A stretch of 64,000 nucleotides of DNA from an uncultured Candidatus Saccharibacteria bacterium (GTDB lineage: Bacteria; Patescibacteriota; Saccharimonadia; Saccharimonadales; Saccharimonadaceae), in the NCBI GenBank assembly GCA_965240135.1, contig CBDEJQ010000029.1, forward strand, positions 1,592 through 65,591, read 5' to 3'. The notes under the pieces were generated by a model that was given only the letters and a program-made list of their open reading frames with translations, made no database searches and was not told the origin of the DNA. The translations under genes and the position numbers were made by a program. Positions 19,826 through 28,637 of the stretch are shown in pieces; within the stretch, counting starts at the first letter, position 1, and each line of letters starts with the position of its first letter.

Positions 19826-20848
19826 TTACTTGGCTTTATTTTTGTCCGATCGGCGCTTATATTCTTCTGCTATAACCCTACCTATTTCGCTGTCTTTTAA
19901 GTACTCTTTACATGATGACAATAAACGCTCGGATGCATCGGAATCCTTCATCTTTAGCGCCTTCCTATATGAATTGCTAAACGCCGCAAACATACCGTCT
20001 TCATCTTCCATGATTCTAATAGTAAGCTTTTTATCTTCTGACGACACATAAACGAATATCAGGTCTGCGCCAGATTTCAATGCCGTATGAATCGCTGCAG
20101 AGCCCATTTCACTGCGAGGCTTTCGGCCTACTGAGTCATCCGCTGAATATCCAGCCAAAACCAAAGACCCACCATCCTCAACAAATTTAACCGCTTCTTC
20201 GTAATGGTCTGTTGAAAAGTGAACCGGTTTTTTACTCTTTTTATCTACCCATTCATATGGCACACCAAAAAAGTTTTTAGCGCCAAACGCAAGATACTGT
20301 ATAGCCTCTATGTTGATTCCGCCAACGCCCTTCTTAATCCAATCTCTATTAGTCGACGCTACGCCAATATTAATTTTGTTCAACAGAGACGCCAAATAAC
20401 TAGCCGTAGGAACATCTTCTCCATTGAAATGTGTTGGTGCTATAACACTTCCCTTGCCCTCTTCTTTGGCTTTTTTGGCGGCTTCAATTAAGATATCTTC
20501 GCCAATTACTTCAACTTCCTTTTTGCCATGCATTAAGCCCATCAGCAGTTTAAGTCCAGAGGAAAGCCGAACGTCTGTTTCTGGCAGTCCCAGCTCTTCT
20601 CCAGCTGCCTCAAGTTTTTCTACCGCCGAATTGTTAGTTAGTCCGAAAGGTTTGCTGTGATTTTCTCGTCTACCACGCACCCATTTCTTAAGAGAATCAA
20701 GCGCAACCGACAGAGAAAAACTTCCTCTCTGTAACTCTGATTCTTTTACGTCAATATCAGACTCTTCAGTGATGTCTGGATATAAAACTTTATTGAACAA
20801 TTCTTGCTCTTCTGGGGTTGGGATAAATTTATCTATTCCTGCAGTCAT
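19826..20848 (-). CDS. HX4D acyltransferase-like protein (PlsC/LPLAT-like), paralog 2
   Basis: EVEVIGEDIL...GSVIAPTHFNGEDVPT resembles LPLAT motif I (HX4D). It is paralogous to the upstream gene (IGVASTN, NFFGVPY). GGAGAG SD is present. Confidence 0.45.
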   Translation of the reverse strand: MTAGIDKFIPTPEEQELFNKVLYPDITEESDIDVKESELQRGSFSLSVALDSLKKWVRGRRENHSKPFGLTNNSAVEKLEAAGEELGLPETDVRLSSGLKLLMGLMHGKKEVEVIGEDILIEAAKKAKEEGKGSVIAPTHFNGEDVPTASYLASLLNKINIGVASTNRDWIKKGVGGINIEAIQYLAFGAKNFFGVPYEWVDKKSKKPVHFSTDHYEEAVKFVEDGGSLVLAGYSADDSVGRKPRSEMGSAAIHTALKSGADLIFVYVSSEDKKLTIRIMEDEDGMFAAFSNSYRKALKMKDSDASERLLSSCKEYLKDSEIGRVIAEEYKRRSDKNKAK

Positions 20849-20866
20849 TTTAGCTATCTCTCCTTA

Positions 20867-21769
20867 TCACGCAGCCAATGCCATATCATATTTATTACGC
20901 ATATACCCCAATATCGCCTTCCCGCCAAACGCCTCCAATATGCGACACTGCTCTTCACGAGCCGCCTTTGAGTAAGACGCTTCATGCGAAACATTGGCAT
21001 AAGCTTCAACTTCATCAGGACTAGGCTTAATAGTCTCACCAAATACCAGTCGCACAACTTTTTTACCCAAAAGCCACTTTAGATGTATCGCATTGTCATT
21101 GAGTTGATTAGGATTTCTCTTCTGACCCTCAACCTGCATAAGTACAGGAATTATGGTGGCACCCGTCGCCAGGCTTAGATGAGGAGCTAATTTACCCGCC
21201 TTTTCTGGCAGTTCACCGTCATTTTTTATCCCAATATTGCTCATCGGGTTATGTGCTGCAGTAATAATAGAAAGTCCACTATCTGTTATTTTTTCTTGCA
21301 GACCTAAGTAATCGTCACCATTAAACGGCAACGCGTACTTATTATCAATAGCACCTTTTTCCGCAGACGGATCTCTTCCATACGGAACCTGAAAAAAGTT
21401 ATCCATCCCAACAAGTTTATATGGTATCCTCTGATGCCAAAGACCCATATTAGTGGAGGCTACTGTCACGCCTATATGTCTAAGCCTAGAAGCTACGCTA
21501 GCAACAGTCGAAACATCAACGTCCGTTAGGTGACTCGTAGCAAATATAACACCCTTGTTTTCCTCGGTTTTCTCAGTTGCCTTCAGAAGATTACCAACCC
21601 CCTCAACGTCAACACCCACATTACCAAGAAGCAAATCAGTAACCAACTCAAGAGGAACGCGCAGTCTTCTTGGGCTCGGATCATACAGACCTTCAGATGC
21701 GCCCTTTTTAGCGCACTGTTTAATCTCTTCTATATCCTCAGATCCTGAAAAAGTCTCAATTTTTTTCAC
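20867..21769 (-). CDS. HX4D acyltransferase-like protein (PlsC/LPLAT-like), paralog 1
   Basis: VDVEGVGNL...GVIFATSHLTDVDVST (HX4D motif) and GATIIPVLMQV (motif IV-like). GTG start. Confidence 0.45.
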   Translation of the reverse strand: MKKIETFSGSEDIEEIKQCAKKGASEGLYDPSPRRLRVPLELVTDLLLGNVGVDVEGVGNLLKATEKTEENKGVIFATSHLTDVDVSTVASVASRLRHIGVTVASTNMGLWHQRIPYKLVGMDNFFQVPYGRDPSAEKGAIDNKYALPFNGDDYLGLQEKITDSGLSIITAAHNPMSNIGIKNDGELPEKAGKLAPHLSLATGATIIPVLMQVEGQKRNPNQLNDNAIHLKWLLGKKVVRLVFGETIKPSPDEVEAYANVSHEASYSKAAREEQCRILEAFGGKAILGYMRNKYDMALAA

Positions 21770-21797
21770 GATGCTCTTGATTATACAATATAAAACC

Positions 21798-23381
21798 CTA
21801 TTTTGTCAATATAGATCTAATCAAACCAAAGAACAACGGATGTGAACGAAACGGTCGTGACTTAAATTCTGGATGTGCTTGCGTTGCGACAAAATATCGA
21901 TGGTCTGGCGCCTCAACAAATTCTACTAACTTACCGTCTGGTGAAGTTCCAGAGACAACCAAACCTCCTCGTTCAATTTCTTGAATAAACTTTTGATTCA
22001 CTTCATATCGATGACGATGACGTTCAACTACTTCAGTTGCATCGTATGTCTTGGAAATAACGGAGCCTGGCTTTAGGTTGGCTACATAATCTCCAAGACG
22101 CATAGTCCCTCCTGTAGACTCTTTGCCTTGCTGCCCATCCATAATATACACTACGTTGTTATCAGAATCAGCGCCGAATTCTTCGCTATTAGCGTCTGTC
22201 AAACCTCCCAAACGCGCCGCAGCAATAACTGCAACCTGCATTCCCAAACAAATACCCAAATATGGTTTATTTTTCATTAAGCAATACTTTACAGCAGCAA
22301 TCTTACCTTCTATACCTCGAGACCCAAATCCCCCCGGAACAACAATAGCATCAACACTGTCAAAATCTGCTTCATTTGCAGTCTCAGCATTAATCCATTT
22401 TATAGATATTTCACTTTTATTTGCCCAAGCCGCAGACTTAAGTGCCTCTGTTACAGATAAATATGTGTCGGAATTGTCTATATATTTAGCAACCAAACCT
22501 ACCGTAACACGCTTAGCATACTCTGATGTATCTCGTTTGGCTAAATGTTGCCAACGTCGTAAATCTGGCTCAACCGAATTATTAGTAAATTCGCCGAGTA
22601 ACTTGCCTAAGTCGCGGTACACTGTTAGTGGAACTTCATATACAGTATCGACATTTGGCATCATTACGATTCCTTCGCTGCGAATACCAGACGAAATAGA
22701 AATTTTCTCACCAATACTACGCGGCGGTTTATCGTGACCTTCCGTACGAACTGCCACGACATCGGGCATAATTCCAAAACCACGCAAATCAGCCAAGGCG
22801 TTTTGAGCGGGTTTTGTCTTATATTCATGCGACGCCTCTAAGAACGGTACATATACGACATGAACAAATAGACAATTTTCGCGACCAACGTCTAGGGCGA
22901 ATCCTCGAATAGCCTCAATAAAACTGAGCCCTTCATAATCGCCGACCGTGCCGCCGATCTCTACGATATGAACATCACCCTCAGCAGCCAGATGAATGGC
23001 TTTCTTAATAGAATTGGTTAAATGAGGGACCATTTGTACTGTTTGACCGCCAAATTTACCAGCTCTCTCGTCCGCAATCAAATCACGCAATAATCGGCCG
23101 GATAATGTTGCATTTTTTTGCGTCAATTCCAAATCCAAAAAACGCTCATAATGACCCAAATCTAAGTCAGTTTCAGCACCGTCTTTTGTCACAAAACATT
23201 CGCCATGCTCTTTTGGGTTCAATAGTCCAGCATCAACATTCAAATATGGATCACATTTTTGAACAGAAACAGAAACACCCTTAGCTTGAAGGACAGCGCC
23301 AATACTAGCAGCAGTAATTCCCTTGCCTACACCAGACAATACACCACCCGTAACAAATATATATTTGCGCGGTGACGACAT
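21798..23381 (-). CDS. pyrG: CTP synthase
   Basis: KYIFVTGGVLSGVGKGI N-terminus. The glutamine amidotransferase motif is PYLGICLGMQ. The ORF-track start at 23399 is a GTG; ATG 23381 (MSSPRKYIFV) is the more likely start. Confidence 0.95.
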   Translation of the reverse strand: MSSPRKYIFVTGGVLSGVGKGITAASIGAVLQAKGVSVSVQKCDPYLNVDAGLLNPKEHGECFVTKDGAETDLDLGHYERFLDLELTQKNATLSGRLLRDLIADERAGKFGGQTVQMVPHLTNSIKKAIHLAAEGDVHIVEIGGTVGDYEGLSFIEAIRGFALDVGRENCLFVHVVYVPFLEASHEYKTKPAQNALADLRGFGIMPDVVAVRTEGHDKPPRSIGEKISISSGIRSEGIVMMPNVDTVYEVPLTVYRDLGKLLGEFTNNSVEPDLRRWQHLAKRDTSEYAKRVTVGLVAKYIDNSDTYLSVTEALKSAAWANKSEISIKWINAETANEADFDSVDAIVVPGGFGSRGIEGKIAAVKYCLMKNKPYLGICLGMQVAVIAAARLGGLTDANSEEFGADSDNNVVYIMDGQQGKESTGGTMRLGDYVANLKPGSVISKTYDATEVVERHRHRYEVNQKFIQEIERGGLVVSGTSPDGKLVEFVEAPDHRYFVATQAHPEFKSRPFRSHPLFFGLIRSILTK

Positions 23382-23382
23382 A

Positions 23383-23562
23383 TTATTCGCAACCGTCACA
23401 AATAGTCAAACTTGCTGGGTCAACTGGTGCCGCAACAGTGCCGTTCGACTTTGCTTGATCATCAGCCGCTTCCTGCGCCGCTTTAAGAGCTGCGTCAATG
23501 GCACTCAATTTTTCTTCCAAAGTCATGTCATCAGTAATAATCTGATTTGCGTTCATTTTCAT
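23383..23562 (-). CDS. small hypothetical protein (59 aa) translationally coupled to pyrG
   Basis: My own translation gives MKMNANQIITDDMTLEEKLSAIDAALKAAQEAADDQAKSNGTVAAPVDPASLTICDGCE. AGGGGAAA SD is present. The stop TAA is 1 nt before the pyrG ATG (TAATATG). Confidence 0.45.
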   Translation of the reverse strand: MKMNANQIITDDMTLEEKLSAIDAALKAAQEAADDQAKSNGTVAAPVDPASLTICDGCE

Positions 23563-23613
23563 TTTCCCCTATATTTAGTAGTTACTTAACTAATTTTACG
23601 CTAGATATAGTGC

Positions 23614-24024
23614 TTATGCAATAAAATGCAGCCAATTGCCCGTTGTAGTTTTTTCATCAAGTTCACCAATTGGCGCAACGTATATTTGCGGATTTTCACA
23701 GTGTGGCATAAAATCAGCCAACTTCTCTTTATAAGCTGCCATTGCCGCCTCTTTCTCAGATTCTGGAAGTTCAGTCACGTTAGTTTTTAAGAAAACTGCT
23801 CGCTTTTTATCATCCCAAACCACAAATTCCGCCTTACCGTTTCGAAACGCATTTTCTGAATGGCGCGCAGTCGGCTCTGATATCCAAATTATAGAATTGC
23901 CAAAACGCGCAAAGTGCAGCGGCGTCACCAAAGGAGTTCTATCAACATTCACCGTTGCCAACGCACCAACTTCGACTGTATCTAATATTTCTTTCGCTAA
24001 TTCATTCATATCATCAACTCCCAT
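23614..24024 (-). CDS. pyridoxamine 5'-phosphate oxidase family (FMN-binding split barrel) protein
   Basis: 136 aa. GALATVNVDRTPLVTPLHFARFGNSIIWISEPTARHSEN matches the PNPOx-like pattern. Confidence 0.65.
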   Translation of the reverse strand: MGVDDMNELAKEILDTVEVGALATVNVDRTPLVTPLHFARFGNSIIWISEPTARHSENAFRNGKAEFVVWDDKKRAVFLKTNVTELPESEKEAAMAAYKEKLADFMPHCENPQIYVAPIGELDEKTTTGNWLHFIA

Positions 24025-25001
24025 TACTTCGTGGTATTAACCTCGTAACTAGTGTTTGTACTTTCGAAGAAATTCACCAATTCCAGCGTATCGTTGGCGG
24101 CTGCCATCCATTTGGCTGGATTTGGCACGTTATATTCAGGCTCAAAACCCAACTCCTGCAAGCGTCGGTCGGTCATATGCATAACGTACTGGTTAACATA
24201 ATCAGCATTCAATCCCAAAATTCCCTTTGGTAACATATCCTTATTGTAAGCCTTCTCAAGCTCCACCGCCTGCAGAATCAAGCCACGGATTTCTTCTGCG
24301 AATTCCTGCGTTTGCAATTCTGGATTTTCGTCCAAAATTGTCAAAAGCAAATTGATACCAAACGTCAAGTGAAGATTTTCATCGCGAGTAATCCAGTCCA
24401 GCAGTGAGCCAACATTGCGCAACAAATTACGCTGGCGGAAGCTCATGCCAACCATAAAGCCTGAATAGAACCAAATTCCCTCAAGCACAATGTTATACGC
24501 CACCAAAGATCTAACGAAGTCCTTCTTGCCTTCCAGCGAATAAATATCCAAATTCGGATCAAGCATCACGTCCAAATGTTTATTCTGGAAGTCAGCCTTA
24601 TCCGCCAATGATTTTTTACCAAATCCCGCAGCATAAATTTCCTCGCGATCAAATGGAAATGTCTCAATAATGTATTCAAACGTCATGAAGTGGTTGGCTT
24701 CTTCCCACATCTGTTTTGACAAATATAGTTGAGCTTCCGCCGCGTTCACATATGGATAAATACCGAATGCCAATGATTTATTGATCAATAATTCGTTTGG
24801 ATTCAAGTAGCTAATAACTGTTTTTAAGGCGTGTTTTTCGTCGTCTGACAATTTTTCAAAATCCGCCAAATCCTGCACTAATTGGACTTCGTTTGGAAAC
24901 CACGTGTTAGCCACTGCTTGATTATAAAGATCATACGCCCAAGGGTAACGAATTGGGTGAAGTGACAATCCATCACGTAATCCTGAACCTAAAATTCCCA
25001 T
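24024..25001 (-). CDS. nrdB: ribonucleotide reductase class I beta subunit
   Basis: Di-iron ligand contexts are present (MWEEANHFMTFEYI, VLEGIWFYSGF, RDENLHL). AAGGAGG SD. Confidence 0.92.
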   Translation of the reverse strand: MGILGSGLRDGLSLHPIRYPWAYDLYNQAVANTWFPNEVQLVQDLADFEKLSDDEKHALKTVISYLNPNELLINKSLAFGIYPYVNAAEAQLYLSKQMWEEANHFMTFEYIIETFPFDREEIYAAGFGKKSLADKADFQNKHLDVMLDPNLDIYSLEGKKDFVRSLVAYNIVLEGIWFYSGFMVGMSFRQRNLLRNVGSLLDWITRDENLHLTFGINLLLTILDENPELQTQEFAEEIRGLILQAVELEKAYNKDMLPKGILGLNADYVNQYVMHMTDRRLQELGFEPEYNVPNPAKWMAAANDTLELVNFFESTNTSYEVNTTK

Positions 25002-25015
25002 CTTAATTTCCTCCT

Positions 25016-27418
25016 TTATTTATTAATTTTCGCAAATCCAAATCCGCGCACTTTACTATTTGTGCGGACTTTTTGCTCTGCAATTTTATCAACTGAAACT
25101 GTTGTCTGCTCCGACTGATGACGCGGCTTAACGTGCAGATAATATGTCGTCTTCAAGCCACGCTTCCACGCTTCCGAATAAATCTTCACATATTCATCAA
25201 TATCTCGCGTCTCCAGGTACATATTTCGAGAAATCGCCTGATCGACCCACTTCTGAGCCCTAGCCGCCACCTCAATAAACGCATACGGACTGAGCTGGAA
25301 ACTTGTTTTATAAACATCCTTGATATTCTGAGGAATACCGTCAATATCTTGAATATCGCCTTGCGCCGCAAAAATCTCATCTTTCAAATTATCCCATAAA
25401 CCAAGCTTCTTCAAATCGCGAACTAAATTATGGTTCACTTCCAAAAACTTACCGTTCAAAGTCGAGCGACTGAAAATCTGCGCAAATTGCGGATCAATTC
25501 CAGGAGTCGTTCCCGCCACGTGACCAATGTTAGCCGTCGGCGCAATCGCCATAAGAGTCGCATTTCGCATCCCCTTCTTCACCTTCTTTCGCAAACTGTC
25601 CCAATCCAGTCGCGTCTTTTGGTCTATTTTCACCTTCACGCCGCGATCTTTTGATAGCTTATCAACCGTATCAATTGGAAGAAGACCCTTGCTCCAGCCA
25701 CTGCCCGCAAATGCTGGATAGCTGCCCAATTGCTTTGCCAAATCAGCCGACTGGTCAATCGCGTGATAGCTAATAAACTCTGTCAATTGATCAACCAAAT
25801 CGTACGCTTCTTTCGATTCGTAGCAATAGCCCAACTTTTCCAACACGTCAGAAAGACCCATAATCCCGAGGCCAATCGCTCGAGTTTGCTGATTCGAATG
25901 CATCGCTTCTGGAATTGGCGTTTGAGTGATGTCGCACAAATTATCCAATTGTCGCACCGCCGCACGGGCCGCCTCTTTCAATCTATCCCAATCCCAAGTC
26001 TTATCCTCGCTAAGAAACGCTGACAAATTGATACTCACCAAATTACACGTCGCAATGTTGTTTTTATCCTGCGGCAATGTAATTTCCGTACACAAGTTAC
26101 TGAGATGAATTGTGCCCGTATTATTATTTAATGCTCGCACGTTAATCGTGTCTTTCCAAGTCAGCCACGGATGTGATGTCGCCTGCAAACTGGTCAAAAT
26201 GCGCTTAAATTGCTGACGAGCTGGAACTTTATCAAATGTTCGCAACTTCCCAGCTTCCGCCATCTTGATATATTCTTTATATCGCGCCGAAAATTCTTCG
26301 CCGTATAGTTCTGTCAAATCTGGAGTTTCTGCTGGATCAAACAAATACCAATCTTGATCTTTTTCTACTCGCTTCATAAATTCGTCAGAGATAAATACCG
26401 CAGTATTCGCAAATCTGGTTCTTAGATATGGGTCACCAGAGTTTTGGCGAAGGTCAACAAATTGATCAAAATTAAGGTGCCAGTTTTCCATGTAAATTGC
26501 AGCTGCACCAGCCTTTTTACCCTTACGAGAAACCGCAAAAAGCGCCGTATCAATCATCTTCATAAATGGAATTGGGCCAGTCGATTCAGTGTTGGTGGTT
26601 TTAACTGGACTGCCCGCTGCACGTAGCTTTGTAAAACCAATGCCAATTCCGCCCGTACCTTTAGCAATCCACATTGTGTCGCGAACAGCCTTAGCAATTG
26701 ACTCCATGTCATCATCGACATTAAGCAAGAAACAGTTACTGAGTTGCGGGAACGAGCCGCCAGCATTAACTCGCGTTGATCCACCCGGAACGTACTCCAA
26801 ATTGCTCATGTGATTATAAAACTCAATCGCTGCAGTCGTTGGGTCAGATTCGTTATAACTAAGCCCCATAGCAATTCGCATGTGCGTAAACTGAGGTGTT
26901 TCAATTGGCGAGCCGTTTTGCTTGCGAAGAGCGTAGCGATTTTTATTGGTCACCACACCCAAATATTTACTCAAATCATCACGTGCTGGATCAAGTTCTG
27001 CCGCCAGCTTTTTCAGATCAAATCGACCGTCAGTCATGCGCTTATCCAACAGCCCTTCTTTCACCGCCGCCTTAACGAACTTCGGAAATTCGCGCGCATG
27101 AAGCTTTTTCAATTCTTCCGCCGTCTCATAATCGCCCAAAATCTGCTTATAGACAGTTTTTAGTAGCAATCGTGCCGCGATTTTATCGTAATCTGGATCG
27201 TCTTTAACATTTTGGAGTACCGTTTGAATAACCGCCTCGTCCAACTGCTCGGTCGTAATTCCATCAAATAATGTCAATTGCAATTCAGTCGCAACTTGAA
27301 CGACCTTAGAGATTTGGTCCGGCAAACCTTCGCACGCCTTTAAAATAGCCGCGTTAATTTTATTAGCATCAAACGGTTCTTTCGTTCCGTCGCGTTTGAC
27401 TACGTTAATTTCTTTCAC
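25016..27418 (-). CDS. nrdA: ribonucleotide reductase class Ia alpha subunit (with ATP-cone)
   Basis: 800 aa. The N-terminal ATP-cone reads VVKRDGTKEPFDANKI. The active-site region is LSNLCTEITL. AAGGAGGG SD. Confidence 0.95.
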   Translation of the reverse strand: MKEINVVKRDGTKEPFDANKINAAILKACEGLPDQISKVVQVATELQLTLFDGITTEQLDEAVIQTVLQNVKDDPDYDKIAARLLLKTVYKQILGDYETAEELKKLHAREFPKFVKAAVKEGLLDKRMTDGRFDLKKLAAELDPARDDLSKYLGVVTNKNRYALRKQNGSPIETPQFTHMRIAMGLSYNESDPTTAAIEFYNHMSNLEYVPGGSTRVNAGGSFPQLSNCFLLNVDDDMESIAKAVRDTMWIAKGTGGIGIGFTKLRAAGSPVKTTNTESTGPIPFMKMIDTALFAVSRKGKKAGAAAIYMENWHLNFDQFVDLRQNSGDPYLRTRFANTAVFISDEFMKRVEKDQDWYLFDPAETPDLTELYGEEFSARYKEYIKMAEAGKLRTFDKVPARQQFKRILTSLQATSHPWLTWKDTINVRALNNNTGTIHLSNLCTEITLPQDKNNIATCNLVSINLSAFLSEDKTWDWDRLKEAARAAVRQLDNLCDITQTPIPEAMHSNQQTRAIGLGIMGLSDVLEKLGYCYESKEAYDLVDQLTEFISYHAIDQSADLAKQLGSYPAFAGSGWSKGLLPIDTVDKLSKDRGVKVKIDQKTRLDWDSLRKKVKKGMRNATLMAIAPTANIGHVAGTTPGIDPQFAQIFSRSTLNGKFLEVNHNLVRDLKKLGLWDNLKDEIFAAQGDIQDIDGIPQNIKDVYKTSFQLSPYAFIEVAARAQKWVDQAISRNMYLETRDIDEYVKIYSEAWKRGLKTTYYLHVKPRHQSEQTTVSVDKIAEQKVRTNSKVRGFGFAKINK

Positions 27419-27512
27419 ATACCCTCCTTAATTTCCCCTCTTAAAAACAAACCACCAACACCTCATCTGGTGGCTTATCTTTGCAGCTTGTGTTTTTGTT
27501 TATTTATGGGCT

Positions 27513-27561
27513 CGCTATATATATAGCGTACAATAATAACTATAGCCGCTATATCTAGTGT
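27513..27561. promoter_or_regulatory. two NrdR-box-like palindromes upstream of nrdAB
   Basis: CGCTATATATATAGCG at 27513-27528 is a perfect 16-bp palindrome. A partial second copy, CCGCTATATCTAGTGT, lies at 27546-27561. The centres are about 33 bp apart. Confidence 0.55.
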
Positions 27562-27568
27562 TTTGCAA
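27539..27568 (-). promoter_or_regulatory. candidate sigma-70 promoter of nrdAB (TTGCAA-N18-TATAGT)
   Basis: In the minus-strand sense: TTGCAA (27568-27563), an 18-nt spacer containing box 2, then TATAGT (27544-27539). Box 1 lies just downstream. Confidence 0.4.
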
Positions 27569-27630
27569 GCTATTTAGTAAAAATTACAACCTATTTATTT
27601 CGTGATCAGATAGAAATGCTTTTCTAATTA

Positions 27631-27662
27631 AAAAATACCGACAAGCTCTACGTCCTGTCGGT
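27631..27662 (-). terminator. intrinsic terminator downstream of tRNA-Ser(GGA)
   Basis: Stem ACCGACA / TGTCGGT, followed on the minus strand by a T-run (plus-strand AAAAAT at 27631-27636). Confidence 0.55.
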
Positions 27663-27674
27663 TTATTATTCTCT

Positions 27675-27764
27675 TGGCGGAAGGAGAGGGATTCGAACCC
27701 TCGAACAGATTGCTCCGTTACACGCGTTCCAGGCGTGCCAGTTCAACCACTCCTGCACCCTTCC
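27675..27764 (-). tRNA. tRNA-Ser (anticodon GGA)
   Basis: Reverse complement GGAAGGGTGCAGGAGTGGTTGAACTGGCACGCCTGGAACGCGTG...GAGGGTTCGAATCCCTCTCCTTCCGCCA. The anticodon loop is CTGGAAC. It has a long variable arm and an encoded CCA. Confidence 0.9.
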
Positions 27765-27842
27765 TTGTTGATAATTATACCACAACTTTATTGCCCCTTA
27801 TGGTTGCACTTACTGACGTTCATTCTCTATAATAAGTCAAAG

Positions 27843-28637
27843 ATGAAAGAAACTATTCCACCACGCATTAGGCTTGTTAATGTCACCAAAAAATTCGGCT
27901 TTGGTGATGCTGAGATTCGCGCCTTAGATAACGTCGATTTAACCGTTAAAAAGGGCGAGTTTATTGCTATTATGGGCCCAAGTGGTTGCGGAAAAACTAC
28001 TTTATTAAACACCCTTGGACTATTAGACCAGCCATCAGAAGGTGAATACTATCTGGACGATGTCGCTGTCGACAATCTCAGCTCACGACGACGCGCCAAA
28101 ATTCGCTCCAAACACATCGGCTTCGTTTTTCAGAATTTCAATCTTATCCCTCGCCTGACTGTAATTGAAAACGTAGCGTTGCCGTTAACATATAAAGGAC
28201 TCGGAAAGGTTAAACGACTCCAAGAAGCTAGCCGCATTCTGAAAACTTTTCATCTGGGACAGCGCGAATATTACATGCCGCATCAATTATCTGGCGGTCA
28301 GGTTCAGCGCGTAGCAATTGCCAGAGCGTTGGTTAATAGTCCGTCAATTATCTTAGCCGACGAGCCAACAGGAAACTTAGACAGCAAGTCGAGTCATCTT
28401 ATTATGGAAGAATTGTCCGACCTACATCGTCGCGGCAATACTATAATTATGGTTACCCACAATCCAGAATTGACTCATTACGCCAGTCGCGTCATCACTA
28501 TGTTGGACGGAAAAATCGATACCGACGAGCATAAGGAAAAGCGCAAGTTCACTAAGAAGTTAATTGTAGACGACGAAAAAGAAGAAAAACCTAAGAAGCA
28601 AAAATCTTCAAAGAAATCGAGGGCGAAAAAATCGTGA
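27843..28637 (+). CDS. ABC transporter ATP-binding protein (MacB/LolD-type) with Lys-rich C-terminal tail
   Basis: Walker A GPSGCGKTT, signature LSGGQVQRVAIARAL, Walker B ILADEPTGNLD. The start is taken at MKETIPP, because the ORF-track N-terminus overlaps the tRNA. Confidence 0.9.
   Translation: MKETIPPRIRLVNVTKKFGFGDAEIRALDNVDLTVKKGEFIAIMGPSGCGKTTLLNTLGLLDQPSEGEYYLDDVAVDNLSSRRRAKIRSKHIGFVFQNFNLIPRLTVIENVALPLTYKGLGKVKRLQEASRILKTFHLGQREYYMPHQLSGGQVQRVAIARALVNSPSIILADEPTGNLDSKSSHLIMEELSDLHRRGNTIIMVTHNPELTHYASRVITMLDGKIDTDEHKEKRKFTKKLIVDDEKEEKPKKQKSSKKSRAKKS

Noticed and set aside
27419-27512. A cobalamin or other riboswitch in the nrdA leader.
   Set aside because: The RNR here is class Ia (ATP-cone alpha plus di-iron beta). 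The leader is short and AT-rich with no conserved riboswitch core. The palindromes upstream are better explained as protein operators.
27735-27842. The long N-terminal extension of the ABC ATPase ORF ([12 protein letters not shown]…). Analogous extensions occur on groEL (33206), groES (33525), murE (37286), truB (2523), holA (5704), pyrG (23399) and the lipoprotein gene (49710).
   Set aside because: These extensions use TTG or GTG codons or lack an SD or promoter. They overlap tRNAs, operators or divergent genes, and they precede well-conserved canonical N-termini. Downstream starts are better supported.
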